DNA of 64,000 nucleotides from Eledone cirrhosa (Eukaryota): NCBI GenBank assembly GCA_964016885.1, contig OZ024744.1, positions 101,184,001 through 101,248,000 of the forward strand, written 5' to 3'. A model generated the notes under the pieces. That model was not told where the DNA came from and did no database searches. It was given only the letters and a program-made list of their open reading frames with translations. This document shows, one piece after another, positions 1 to 15,000 of this stretch. A program made the translations under genes and the position numbers. Every line of letters begins with the position of its first letter. The stretch's first letter is position 1.

Positions 1-3000
1 TTCCTAATTTGGACAGGGACTGTTGTCAGCTCCCATTTGGTGTAAAGTTTAACACTAAAGTTATTGTATATAGTTCCTAATTTGGACAGAGACTGTTGTC
101 AACTCCCATTTGGTGTAAAGGTTAACACTAAAGTTATTGTATATAGTTCCTAATTTGGACAGAGACTGTTGTCAGCTCCCATTTGGTGTAAAGGTTAACA
201 CTAAAGTTATTGTATATAGTTCCTAGTTTGGACAGGGACTGTTGTCAGCTCACATTTGGTGTAAAGGTTAACACTAAAGTTATTGTATATAGTTCCTAAT
301 TTGGACAGAGACTGTTGTCAGCTCACATTTGGTGTAAAGGTTAACACTAAAGTTATTGTATATAGTTCCTAATTTGGACAGGGACTGTTGTCAGCTCCCA
401 TTTGGTGTAAAGGTTAACACTAAAGTTATTGTATATAGTTCCTAATTTGGACAGGGACTGTTGTCAGCTCCCATTTGGTGTAAAGGTTAACACTAAAGTT
501 ATTGTATATAGTTCCTAATTTGGACAGGGACTGTTGTCAGCTCCCATTTGGTGTAAAGGTTATCACTAAAGTTATTGTATATAGTTCCTAATTTCGACAG
601 GGACAGTTGTCAGTTCCCATTTGGTGTAAAGGTTAACACTAAAGCTATTATATATAGTTCCTAATTTGGACAGAGATTGTTGTCAGTTCCCATTTGATGT
701 AAAGGTTAACACTAAAGTTATTGTATATAGTTCCTAATTTCGACAGGGACAGTTGTCAGTTCCCATTTGGTGTAAAGGTTATCACTAAAGTTATTGTATA
801 TAGTTCCTAATTTGGACAGGGACTGTTGTCAGTTCCCATTTGGTGTAAAGTTTAACACTAAAGTTATTGTATATAGTTCCTAATTTGGACAGGGACTGTT
901 GTCAGCTCCCATTTGGTGTAAAGGTTAACACTAAAGTTATTGTATATAGTCCCTAATTTGGACAGGGACTGTTGTCAGCTCCCATTTGGTGTAAAGGTTA
1001 ACACTAAAGTTATTGTATATAGTTCCTAATTTAGACAGGCACTGTTGTCAGCTCCCATTTGGTGTAAAGGTTAACACTAAAGTTATTGTATATAGTTCCT
1101 AATTTGGACAGAGACTGTTGTCAGCTCCCATTTGGTGTAAAGGTTATCACTAAAGTTATTGTATATAGTTCCAATTTGGACAGAGACTGTTATCAGCTCC
1201 CATTTGGTGTAAAGGTTAACACTAAAGTTATTGTATATAGTTCCTAATTTGGACAGAGACTGTTGTCAGCTCCCATTCGGTGTAAAGGTTAACACTAAAG
1301 TTATTGTATATAGTTCCTAATTTGGACAGGGACTGTTGTCAGCTCCCATTTGGTGTAAAGGTTATCACTAAAGTTATTGTATATAGTTCCTAATTTCGAC
1401 AGGGACAGTTGTCAGTTCCCATTTGGTGTAAAGGTTAACACTAAAGTTATTGTATATAGTTCCTAATTTCGACAGGGACAGTTGTCAGTTCCCATTTGGT
1501 GTAAAGGTTATCACTAAAGTTATTGTATATAGTTCCTAATTTGGACAGAGACTGTTGTCAGCTCCCATTCGGTGTAAAGGTTAACACTAAAGTTATTGTA
1601 TATAGTTCCTAATTTGGACAGGGACTGTTGTCAGCTCCCATTTGGTGTAAAGGTTAACACTAAAGTTATTGTATAGAGTTCCTAATTTGGACAGAGACTG
1701 TTGTCAGCTCCCATTCGGTGTAAAGGTTAACACTAAAGTTATTGTATATAGTTCCTAATTTGGACAGGGACTGTTGTCAGCTCCCATTTGGTGTAAAGGT
1801 TATCACTAAAGTTATTGTATATAGTTCCTAATTTCGACAGGGACAGTTGTCAGTTCCCATTTGGTGTAAAGGTTAACACTAAAGTTATTGTATATAGTTC
1901 CTAATTTCGACAGGGACAGTTGTCAGTTCCCATTTGGTGTAAAGGTTATCACTAAAGTTATTGTATATAGTTCCTAATTTCGACAGGAACAGTTGTCAGT
2001 TCCCATTTGGTGTAAAGGTTAACACTAAAGTTATTGTATATAGTTCCTAATTTGGACAGGCACTGTTGTCAGCTCCCATTTGGTGTAAAGGTTATCACTA
2101 AAGTTATTGTATATAGTTCCTAATTTGTACAGAGACTGTTGTCAGCTCCCATTCGGTGTAAAGGTTAACACTAAAGTTATTGTATATAGTTCCTAATTTG
2201 GACAGGGACTGTTGTCAGCTCCCATTTGGTGTAAAGGTTATCACTAAAGTTATTGTATATAGTTCCTAATTTTGACAGAGGGTGTTGTCAGCTCCCATTT
2301 GGTGTAAAGGTTAACACTAAAGTTATTGTATATAGTTCCTAATTTGGACAGAGACTGTTGTCAGCTCCCATTCGGTGTAAAGGTTAACACTAAAGTTATT
2401 GTATATAGTTCCTAATTTGGACAGGGACAGTTGTCAACTCCCATTTGGTGTAAAGGTTAACACTAAAGTTATTGTATATAGTTCCTAATTTGGACAGGGA
2501 CTGTTGTCAGCTCCCATTTGGTATAAAGGTTAACACTAAAGTTATTGTATATAGTTCCTAATTTGGACAGGGACTGTTGTCAGCTCCCATTTGGTGTAAA
2601 GGTTAACACTAAAGTTATTGTATATAGTTCCTAATTTGGACAGAGACTGTTGTCAGCTCCCATTTGGTGTAAAGGTTAACACTAAAGTTATTGTATATAG
2701 TTCCTAATTTGCACAGAGACTGTTGTCAGCTCCCATTTGGTGTAAAGGTTATCACTAAAGTTATTGTATATAGTTCCTAATTTGGACAAAGATTGTTGTC
2801 AGCTCCCATCTGTTGTAAAGGTTAACACTAAAGTTAGTCTATATAGTTCCTAATTTGGACCGTGACTGTTGTCAGCTCCCATTTGGTGTAAAGTTTAACA
2901 CTAAAGTTATTGTATATAGTTCCTAATTTGGACAGGGACTGTTGTCAGCTCCCATTTGGTGTAAAGGTTATCACTAAAGTTATTGTATATAGTTCCTAAT

Positions 3001-6000
3001 TTGTACAGAGACTGTTGTCAGCTCCCATTTGGTGTAAAGGTTAACACTAAAGTTATTGTATATAGTTCCTAATTTGGACAGAGACTGTTATCAGCTCCCA
3101 TTTGGTGTAAAGGTTAACACTAAAGTTATTGTATATAGTTCCTAATTTGGACAGAGACTGTTGTCAGCTCCCATTCGGTGTAAAGGTTAACACTAAAGTT
3201 ATTGTATATAGTTCCTAATTTGGACAGGGACAGTTGTCAGTTCCCATTTGGTGTAAAGGTTAACACTAAAGTTATTGTATATAGTTCCTAATTTCGACAG
3301 GGACAGTTGTCAGTTCCCATTTGGTGTAAAGGTTAACACTAAAGTTATTGTATATAGTTCCTAATTTCGACAGGGACTGTTGTCAGCTCCCATTTGGTGT
3401 AAAGGTTATCACTAAAGTTATTGTATATAGTTCCTAATTTCGACAGGGACAGTTGTCAGTTCCCATTTGGTGTAAAGGTTAACACTAAAGTTATTGTATA
3501 TAGTTCCTAATTTCGACAGGGACAGTTGTCAGTTCCCATTTGGTGTAAAGGTTATCACTAAAGTTATTGTATATAGTTCCTAATTTCGACAGGGACAGTT
3601 GTCAGTTCCCATTTGGTGTAAAGGTTAACACTAAAGTTATTGTATATAGTTCCTAATTTGGACAGAGACTGTTGTCAGCTCCCATTTGGTGTAACGGTTA
3701 ACACTAAAGTTATTGTATATAGTTCCTAATTTGGACAGAGACTGTTGTCAGCTCCCATTTGGTGTAAAGGTTAACACTAAAGTTATTGTACATAGTTCCT
3801 AATTTGGACAGGGACTGTTGTCAGCTCCCATTTGGTGTAAAGGTTAACACTAAAGTTATTGTATATAGTTCCTAATTTGGACAGGCACTGTTGTCAGCTC
3901 CCATTTGGTGTAAAGGTTAACACTAAAGTTATTGTATATAGTTCCTAATTTGGACAGGGACTGTTGTCAGCTCCCATTTGGTGTAAAGGTTATCACTAAA
4001 GTTATTGTATATAGTTCCTAATTTGTACAGAGACTGTTGTCAGCTCCCATTTGGTGTAAAGGTTAACACTAAAGTTATTGTATATAGTTCCTAATTTGGA
4101 CAGAGACTGTTATCAGCTCCCATTTGGTGTAAAGGTTAACACTAAAGTTATTGTATATAGTTCCTAATTTGGACAGAGACTGTTGTCAGCTCCCATTCGG
4201 TGTAAAGGTTAACACTAAAGTTATTGTATATAGTTCCTAATTTGGACAGGGACTGTTGTCAGCTCCCATTTGGTGTAAAGGTTATCACTAAAGTTATTGT
4301 ATATAGTTCCTAATTTCGACAGGGACAGTTGTCAGTTCCCATTTGGTGTAAAGGTTAACACTAAAGTTATTGTATATAGTTCCTAATTTCGACAGGGACA
4401 GTTGTCAGTTCCCATTTGGTGTAAAGGTTATCACTAAAGTTATTGTATATAGTTCCTAATTTCGACAGGGACAGTTGTCAGTTCCCATTTGGTGTAAAGG
4501 TTAACACTAAAGTTATTGTATATAGTTCCTAATTTGGACAGGCACTATTGTCAGCTCCCATTTGGTGTAAAGGTTAACACTAAAGTTATTGTATATAGTT
4601 CCTAATTTGGACAGGGACTGTTGTCAGCTCCCATTTGGTGTAAAGGTTATCACTAAAGTTATTGTATATAGTTCCTAATTTGTACAGAGACTGTTGTCAG
4701 CTCCCATTTGGTGTAAAGGTTAACACTAAAGTTATTGTATATAGTTCCTAATTTGGACAGGCACTGTTGTCAGCTCCCATTTGGTGTAAAGGTTAACACT
4801 AAAGTTATTGTATATAGTTACTAATTTGGACAGAGGGTGTTGTCAGCTCCCATTTGGTGTAAAGGTTAACACTAAAGTTATTATATATAGTTCCTAATTT
4901 GGACAGGCACTGTTGTCAGCTCCCATTTGGTGTAAAGGTTAACACTAAAGTTATTGTATATAGTTCCTAATTTGGACAGAGGGTGTTGTCAGCTCCCATT
5001 TGGTGTAAAGGTTAACACTAAAGCTATTATATATAGTTCCTAATTTGGACAGGGACTGTTGTCAGCTCCCATTTGGTGTAAAGGTTAACACTAAAGTTAT
5101 TGTATATAGTTCCTAATTTGGACAGAGACTGTTGTCAGCTCCCATTTGGTGTAAAGGTTAACATTTAAGTTATTGTATATAGTTCCTAATTTGCACAGAG
5201 ACTGTTGTCAGCTCCCATTTGGTGTAAAGGTTAACACTAAAGTTATTGTATATAGTTCCTAATTTGGACAGAGACTGTTATCAGCTCCCATTTGGTGTAA
5301 AGGTTAACACTAAAGTTATTGTATATAGTTCCTAATTTCGACAGGGACAGTTGTCAGTTCCCATTTGGTGTAAAGGTTAACACTAAAGTTATTGTACATA
5401 GTTCCTAATTTGGACAGGGACTGTTGTCAGCTCCCATTTGGTGTAAAGGTTATCACTAAAGTTATTGTGTATAGTTCCTAATTTGGACAGGGACAGTTGT
5501 CAACTCCCATTTGGTGTAAAGGTTAACACTAAAGTTATTGTATATAGTTCCTAATTTGGACAGGCACTGTTGTCAGCTCCCATTTGGTGTAAAGGTTAAC
5601 ACTAAAGTTATTGTATATAGTTCCTAATTTGCACAGAGACTGTTGTCAGCTCCCATTTGGTGTAAAGGTTATCACTAAAGTTATTGTATATAGTTCCTAA
5701 TTTGGACAAAGACTGTTGTCAGCTCCCATCTGTTGTAAAGGTTAACACTAAAGTTAGTCTATATAGTTCCTAATTTGGACCGTGACTGTTGTCAGCTCCC
5801 ATTTGGTGTAAAGTTTAACACTAAAGTTATTGTATATAGTTCCTAATTTGGACAGGGACTGTTGTCAGCTCCCATTTGGTGTAAAGGTTAACACTAAAGT
5901 TATTGTATATAGTTCCTAATTTGGACAGAGACAGTTGTCAGCTCCCATTTGGTGTAAAGGTTAACACTAAAGTTATTGTATATATTTCCTAATTTGGACA

Positions 6001-9000
6001 GCGACAGTTGTCAGCTCCCATTTGGTGTAAAGGTTAACACTAAAATTATTGTATATAGTTCCTAATTTGGACAGAGACTGTTGTCAGCTCCCATTTGGTG
6101 TAAAGGTTAACACTAAAGTTATTGTATATAGTTCCTAATTTGGACAGGCACTATTATCAGCTCCCATTTGGTGTAAAGGTTAACACTAAAGTTATTGTAT
6201 GTAGTTCCTAATTTGGACAGAGATAGTTGTCAGCTCCCATTTGGTGTAAAGGTTAACACTAAAGTTATTGTATATAGTTCCTAATTTTGACAGGGACAGT
6301 TGTCAGTTCCCATTTGGTGTAAAGGTTATCACTAAAGTTATTGTATATAGTTCCTAATTTCGACAGGGACAGTTGTCAGTTCCCATTTGGTGTAAAGGTT
6401 AACACTAAAGTTATTGTATATAGTTCCTAATTTGGACAGGCACTGTTGTCAGCTCCCATTTGGTGTAAAGGTTAACACTAAAGTTATTGTATATAGTTCC
6501 TAATTTGGACAGAGACTGTTGTCAGCTCCCATTTGGTGTAAAGGTTAACACTAAAGTTATTGTATATAGTTCATAATTTGGACAGAGGCTGTTGTCAGCT
6601 CCCATTTGGTGTAAAGGTTAACACTAAAGTTATTGTATATAGTTACTAATTTGGACAGAGACAGTTGTCAGCTCCCATTTGGTGTAAAGGTTAACACTAA
6701 AGTTATTGTACATAGTTCCTAATTTGGACAGGGACTGTTGTCAGCTCCCATTTGGTGTAAAGGTTAACACTAAAGTTATTGTATATAGTTCCTAATTTGG
6801 ACAGGGACTGTTGTCAGCTCCCATTTGGTGTAAAGGTTAACACTAAAGTTATTGTATATAGTTCCTAATTTGGACAGGGACTGTTGTCAGCTCCCATTTG
6901 GTGTAAAGGTTAACACTAAAGTTATTGTATATAGTTCCTAATTTCGACAGGGACAGTTGTCAGTTCCCATTTGGTGTAAAGGTTATCACTAAAGTTATTG
7001 TATATAGTTCCTAATTTCGACAGGGACAGTTGTCAGTTCCCATTTGGTGTAAAGGTTAACACTAAAGTTATTGTATATAGTTCCTAATTTGGACAGGCAC
7101 TGTTGTCAGCTCCCATTTGGTGTAAAGGTTAACACTAAAGTTATTGTATATAGTTCCTAATTTGGACAGAGGCTGTTGTCAGCTCCCATTTGATGTAAAG
7201 GTTATCACTAAAGTTATTGTATATAGTTCCTAATTTGTACAGAGACTGTTGTCAGCTCCCATTTGGTGTAAAGGTTAACACTAAAGTTATTGTATATAGT
7301 TCCTAATTTGGACAGAGACTGTTATCAGCTCCCATTTGGTGTAAAGGTTAACACTAAAGTTATTGTATATAGTTCCTAATTTGGACAGAGACTGTTGTCA
7401 GCTCCCATTCGGTGTAAAGGTTAACACTAAAGTTATTGTATATAGTTCCTAATTTGGACAGGGACTGTTGTCAGCTCCCATTTGGTGTAAAGGTTATCAC
7501 TAAAGTTATTGTATATAGTTCCTAATTTCGACAGGGACAGTTGTCAGTTCCCATTTGGTGTAAAGGTTAACACTAAAGTTATTGTATATAGTTCCTAATT
7601 TCGACAGGGACAGTTGTCAGTTCCCATTTGGTGTAAAGGTTATCACTAAAGTTATTGTATATAGTTCCTAATTTCGACAGGGACAGTTGTCAGTTCCCAT
7701 TTGGTGTAAAGGTTAACACTAAAGTTATTGTATATAGTTCCTAATTTGGACAGGCACTATTGTCAGCTCCCATTTGGTGTAAAGGTTAACACTAAAGTTA
7801 TTGTATATAGTTCCTAATTTGGACAGGGACTGTTGTCAGCTCCCATTTGGTGTAAAGGTTATCACTAAAGTTATTGTATATAGTTCCTAATTTGTACAGA
7901 GACTGTTGTCAACTCCCATTTAGTGTAAAGGTTAACACTAAAGTTATTGTATATAGTTCCTAATTTGGACAGGCACTGTTGTCAGCTCCCATTTGGTGTA
8001 AAGGTTAACACTAAAGTTATTGTATATAGTTACTAATTTGGACAGAGGGTGTTGTCAGCTCCCATTTGGTGTAAAGGTTAACACTAAAGTTATTGTATAT
8101 AGTTACTAATTTGGACAGAGGGTGTTGTCAGCTCCCATTTGGTGTAAAGGTTAACACTAAAGTTATTATATATAGTTCCTAATTTGGACAGGCACTGTTG
8201 TCAGCTCCCATTTGGTGTAAAGTTTAACACTAAAGTTATTGTATATAGTTCCTAATTTGGACAGGGATTGTTGTCAGTTCCCATTTGGTGTAAAGGTTAA
8301 CACTAAAGTTATTGTATATAGTTCCTAATTTCGACAGGGACAGTTGTCAGTTCCCATTTGGTGTAAAGGTTAACATTTAAGTTATTGTATATAGTTCCTA
8401 ATTTGCACAGAGACTGTTGTCAGCTCCCATTTGGTGTAAAGGTTAACATTTAAGTTATTGTATATAGTTCCTAATTTGCACAGAGACTGTTGTCAGCTCC
8501 CATTTGGTGTAAAGGTTAACACTAAAGTTATTGTATATAGTTCCTAATTTGGACAGAGACTGTTATCAGCTCCCATTTGGTGTAAAGGTTAACACTAAAG
8601 TTATTGTATATAGTTCCTAATTTCGACAGGGACAGTTGTCAGTTCCCATTTGGTGTAAAGATTAACACTAAAGTTATTGTACATAGTTCCTAATTTGGAC
8701 AGGGACTGTTGTCAGCTCCCATTTGGTGTAAAGGTTATCACTAAAGTTATTGTGTATAGTTCCTAATTTGGACAGGGACAGTTGTCAACTCCCATTTGGT
8801 GTAAAGGTTAACACTAAAGTTATTGTATATAGTTCCTAATTTGGACAGGCACTGTTGTCAGCTCCCATTTGGTGTAAAGGTTATCACTAAAGTTATTGTA
8901 TATAGTTCCTAATTTGCACAGAGACTGTTGTCAGCTCCCATTTGGTGTAAAGGTTATCACTAAAGTTATTGTATATAGTTCCTAATTTGGACAGGGACTG

Positions 9001-12000
9001 TTGTCAGCTCCCATCTGTTGTAAAGGTTAACACTAAAGTTAGTCTATATAGTTCCTAATTTGGACCGTGACTGTTGTCAGCTCCCATTTGGTGTAAAGTT
9101 TAACACTAAAGTTATTGTATATAGTTCCTAATTTGGACAGGGACTGTTGTCAGCTCCCATTTGGTGTAAAGGTTAACACTAAAGTTATTGTATATAGTTC
9201 CTAATTTGGACAGAGACAGTTGTCAGCTCCCATTTGGTGTAAAGGTTAACACTAAAGTTATTGTATATATTTCCTAATTTGGACAGCGACAGTTGTCAGC
9301 TCCCATTTGGTGTAAAGGTTAACACTAAAATTATTGTATATAGTTCCTAATTTGGACAGAGACTGTTGTCAGCTCCCATTTGGTGTAAAGGTTAACACTA
9401 AAGTTATTGTATATAGTTCCTAATTTGGACAGGCACTATTATCAGCTCCCATTTGGTGTAAAGGTTAACACTAAAGTTATTGTATGTAGTTCCTAATTTG
9501 GACAGAGATAGTTGTCAGCTCCCATTTGGTGTAATGGTTAACACTAAAGTTATTGTATATAGTTCCTATTTTGGACAGAGACTGTTGTCAGCTCCCATTT
9601 GGTGTAAAGGTTAACACTAAAGTTATTGTATATAGTTCCTAATTTGGACAGGGATTGTTGTCAGCTCCCATATGGTGTAAAGGTTAACACTAAAGTTATT
9701 GTATATAGTTCCTAATTTGGACAGGGACAGTTGTCAGCTCCCATTTTGTGTAAAGGTTAACACTAAAGTTATTGTATATAGTTCCTAATTTGGACAGAGA
9801 CTGTTGTCAGCTCCCATTTGGTGTAAAGGTTAACACTAAAGTTATTGTATATAGTCCCTAATTTGGACAGAGACTGTTGTCAGCTCCCATTTGGTGTAAA
9901 GGTTAACACTAAAGTTATTGTATATAGTTCCTAATTTAGAGAGGGACTGTTGTCAGCTCCCATTTGGTGTAAAGGTTAACACTAAAGTTATTGTATATAG
10001 TTACTGATTTGGACAGGGACAGTTGTCAGCTCCCATTTGGTGTAAAGGTTATCACTAAAGTTATTGTATATAGTTCCTAATTTGTACAGAGACTGTTGTC
10101 AGCTCCCATTTGGTGTAAAGGTTAACACTAAAGTTATTGTATATAGTTCCTAATTTGGACAGAGACTGTTATCAGCTCCCATTTGGTGTAAAGGTTAACA
10201 CTAAAGTTATTGTATATAGTTCCTAATTTGGACAGGGACTGTTGTCAGCTCCCATTTGGTGTAAAGGTTATCACTAAAGTTATTGTATATAGTTCCTAAT
10301 TTCGACAGGGACAGTTGTCAGTTCCCATTTGGTGTAAAGGTTAACACTAAAGTTATTGTATATAGTTCCTAATTTCGACAGGGACAGTTGTCAGTTCCCA
10401 TTTGGTGTAAAGGTTATCACTAAAGTTATTGTATATAGTTCCTAATTTGGACAGAGACTGTTGTCAGCTCCCATTCGGTGTAAAGGTTAACACTAAAGTT
10501 ATTGTATATAGTTCCTAATTTGGACAGGGACTGTTGTCAGCTCCCATTTGGTGTAAAGGTTATCACTAAAGTTATTGTATATAGTTCCTAATTTCGACAG
10601 GGACAGTTGTCAGTTCCCATTTGGTGTAAAGGTTAACACTAAAGTTATTGTATATAGTTCCTAATTTCGACAGGGACAGTTGTCAGTTCCCATTTGGTGT
10701 AAAGGTTATCACTAAAGTTATTGTATATAGTTCCTAATTTCGACAGGGACAGTTGTCAGTTCCCATTTGGTGTAAAGGTTAACACTAAAGTTATTGTATA
10801 TAGTTCCTAATTTGGACAGGGACTGTTGTCAGCTCCCATTTGGTGTAAAGGTTATCACTAAAGTTATTGTATATAGTTCCTAATTTGTACAGAGACTGTT
10901 GTCAGCTCCCATTTGGTGTAAAGGTTAACACTAAAGTTATTGTATATAGTTCCTAATTTGGACAGAGACTGTTATCAGCTCCCATTTGGTGTAAAGGTTA
11001 ACACTAAAGTTATTGTATATAGTTCCTAATTTGGACAGAGACTGTTGTCAGCTCCCATTCGGTGTAAAGGTTAACACTAAAGTTATTGTATATAGTTCCT
11101 AATTTGGACAGGGACTGTTGTCAGCTCCCATTTGGTGTAAAGGTTATCACTAAAGTTATTGTATATAGTTCCTAATTTCGACAGGGACAGTTGTCAGTTC
11201 CCATTTGGTGTAAAGGTTAACACTAAAGTTATTGTATATAGTTCCTAATTTGGACAGAGATTGTTGTCAGCTCCCATTTGGTGTAAAGGTTAACACTAAA
11301 GTTATTGTATATAGTTCCTATTTTGGACAGAGATAGTTGTCAGCTCCCATTTGGTGTAAAGCTTAACACTAAAGTTATTGTATATAGTTCCTAATTTGGA
11401 CAGAGACTGTTGTCAGCTCCCATTCGGTGTAAAGGTTAACACTAAAGTTATTGTATATAGTTCCTAATTTGGACAGGCACTGTTGTCAGCTCCCATTTGG
11501 TGTAAAGGTTAACACTAAAGTTATTGTATATAGTTCCTAATTTGGACAGAGACTGTTGTCAGCTCCCATTTGGTGTAAAGGTTAACACTAAAGTTATTGT
11601 ACATAGTTCCTAATTTGGACAGGGACTGTTGTCAGCTCCCATTTGGTGTAAAGGTTATCACTAAAGTTATTGTATATAGTTCCTAATTTGGACAGGGACT
11701 GTTGTCAGCTCCCATTTGGTGTAAAGGTTAACACTAAAGTTATTGTATATAGTTCCTAATTTGGACAGGGACTGTTGTCAGCTCCCATTTGGTGTAAAGG
11801 TTATCACTAAAGTTATCGTATATAGTTCCTAATTTGGACAGAGACTGTTGTCAGCTCCCATTTGGTGTAAAGGTTAACATTTAAGTTATTGTATATAGTT
11901 CCTAATTTGCACAGAGACTGTTGTCAGCTCCCATTTGGTGTAAAGGTTAACACTAAAGTTATTGTATATAGTTCCTAATTTGGACAGAGACTGTTATCAG

Positions 12001-15000
12001 CTCCCATTTGGTGTAAAGGTTAACACTAAAGTTATTGTATATAGTTCCTAATTTCGACAGGGACAGTTGTCAGTTCCCATTTGGTGTAAAGGTTAACACT
12101 AAAGTTATTGTACATAGTTCCTAATTTGGACAGGGACTGTTGTCAGCTCCCATTTGGTGTAAAGGTTATCACTAAAGTTATTGTGTATAGTTCCTAATTT
12201 GGACAGGGACAGTTGTCAACTCCCATTTGGTGTAAAGGTTAACACTAAAGTTATTGTATATAGTTCCTAATTTGGACAGGGACTGTTGTCAGCTCCCATT
12301 TGGTGTAAAGGTTAACACTAAAGTTATTGTATATAGTTCCTAATTTGCACAGAGACTGTTGTCAGCTCCCATTTGGTGTAAAGGTTAACACTAAAGTTAT
12401 TGTATATTGTTCCTAATTTGGACAGGGACTGTTGTCAGTTCCCATTTGGTGTAAAGGTTATCACTAAAGTTATTGTATATAGTTCCTAATTTGGACAAAG
12501 ATTGTTGTCAGCTCCCATCTGTTGTAAAGGTTAACACTAAAGTTAGTCTATATAGTTCCTAATTTGGACCGTGACTGTTGTCAGCTCCCATTTGGTGTAA
12601 AGTTTAACACTAAAGTTATTGTATATAGTTCCTAATTTGGACAGGGACTGTTGTCAGCTCCCATTTGGTGTAAAGGTTATCACTAAAGTTATTGTATATA
12701 GTTCCTAATTTGTACAGAGACTGTTGTCAGCTCCCATTTGGTGTAAAGGTTAACACTAAAGTTATTGTATATAGTTCCTAATTTGGACAGAGACTGTTAT
12801 CAGCTCCCATTTGGTGTAAAGGTTAACACTAAAGTTATTGTATATAGTTCCTAATTTGGACAGAGACTGTTGTCAGCTCCCATTCGGTGTAAAGGTTAAC
12901 ACTAAAGTTATTGTATATAGTTCCTAATTTGGACAGGGACTGTTGTCAGCTCCCATTTGGTGTAAAGGTTATCACTAAAGTTATTGTATATAGTTCCTAA
13001 TTTGGACAGAGATAGTTGTCAGCTCCCGTTTGGTGTAAAGGTTAACACTAAAGTTATTGTATATAGTTCCTAATTTGGACAGGGACAGTTGTCAGTTCCC
13101 ATTTGGTGTAAAGGTTAACACTAAAGTTATTGTATATAGTTCCTAATTTCGACAGGGACAGTTGTCAGTTCCCATTTGGTGTAAAGGTTATCACTAAAGT
13201 TATTGTATATAGTTCCTAATTTCGACAGGGACAGTTGTCAGTTCCCATTTGGTGTAAAGGTTAACACTAAAGTTATTGTATATAGTTCCTAATTTGGACA
13301 GGCACTGTTGTCAGCTCCCATTTGGTGTAAAGGTTAACACTAAAGTTATTGTATATAGTTCCTAATTTGGACAGAGACTGTTGTCAGCTCCCATTTGGTG
13401 TAAAGGTTAACACTAAAGTTATTGTACATAGTTCCTAATTTGGACAGGGACTGTTGTCAGCTCCCATTTGGTGTAAAGGTTATCACTAAAGTTATTGTAT
13501 ATAGTTCCTAATTTCGACAGGGACAGTTGTCAGTTCCCATTTGGTGTAAAGGTTAACACTAAAGTTATTGTATATAGTTCCTAATTTCGACAGGGACAGT
13601 TGTCAGCTCCCATTTGGTGTAAAGGTTATCACTAAAGTTATTGTATATAGTTCCTAATTTGGACAGGGACTGTTGTCAGCTCCCATTTGGTGTAAAGGTT
13701 ATCACTAAAGTTATTGTATATAGTTCCTAATTTGGACAGGGACAGTTGTCAGTTCCCATTTGGTGTAAAGGTTAACACTAAAGTTATTGTATATAGTTCC
13801 TAATTTGGACAGGGACTGTTGTCAGCTCCCATTTGGTGTAAAGGTTATCACTAAAGTTATTGTATATAGTTCCTAATTTGGACAGGGACTGTTGTCAGCT
13901 CCCATTTGGTGTAAAGGTTATCACTAAAGTTATTGTATATAGTTCCTAATTTCGACAGGGACAGTTGTCAGTTCCCATTTGGTGTAAAGGTTAACACTAA
14001 AGTTATTGTATATAGTTCCTAATTTGGACAGGCACTATTGTCAGCTCCCATTTGGTGTAAAGGTTAACACTAAAGTTATTGTATATAGTTCCTAATTTGG
14101 ACAGGGACTGTTGTCAGCTCACATTTGGTGTAAAGGTTAACACTAAAGTTATTGTATATAGTTCCTAATTTGGACAGAGATAGTTGTCAGCTCCCATTTG
14201 GTATAAAGGTTAACACTAAAGTTATTGTATATAGTTACTAATTTGGACAGAGGGTGTTGTCAGCTCCCATTTGGTGTAAAGGTTAACACTAAAGTTATTA
14301 TATATAGTTCCTAATTTGGACAGAGACTGTTGTCAGCTCCCATTTGGTGTAAAGTTTAACACTAAAGTTATTGTATATAGTTCCTAATTTGGACAGGGAC
14401 TGTTGTCAGCTCCCATTTGGTGTAAAGTTTAACACTAAAGTTATTGTATATAGTTCCTAATTTGGACAGGGACTGTTGTCAGCTCACATTTGGTGTAAAG
14501 GTTAACACTAAAGTTATTGTATATAGTTCCTAATTTGGACAGAGACTGTTGTCAGCTCCCATTTGGTGTAAAGGTTAACATTTAAGTTATTGTATATAGT
14601 TCCTAATTTGCACAGAGACTGTTGTCAGCTCCCATTTGGTGTAAAGGTTAACACTAAAGTTATTGTATATAGTTCCTAATTTGGACAGGGACAGTTGTCA
14701 GTTCCCATTTGGTGTAAAGGTTAACACTAAAGTTATTGTATATAGTCCCTAATTTGGACAGAGACTGTTGTCAGCTCCCATTTGGTGTAAAGGTTAACAC
14801 TAAAGTTATTGTATATAGTCCCTAATTTGGACAGAGACAGTTGTCAGTTCCCATTTGGTGTAAAGGTTAACACTAAAGTTATTGTATATAGTCCCTAATT
14901 TGGACAGAGACAGTTGTCAGTTCCCATTTGGTGTAAAGGTTAACACTAAAGTTATTGTACATAGTTCCTAATTTGGACAGGGACTGTTGTCAGCTCCCAT

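Noticed and set aside
1-73. Each 73-bp unit as a complete tRNA gene
   Set aside because: The length is tRNA-like, but only the A box and D arm match; there is no valid T arm, B box or anticodon stem within the unit.
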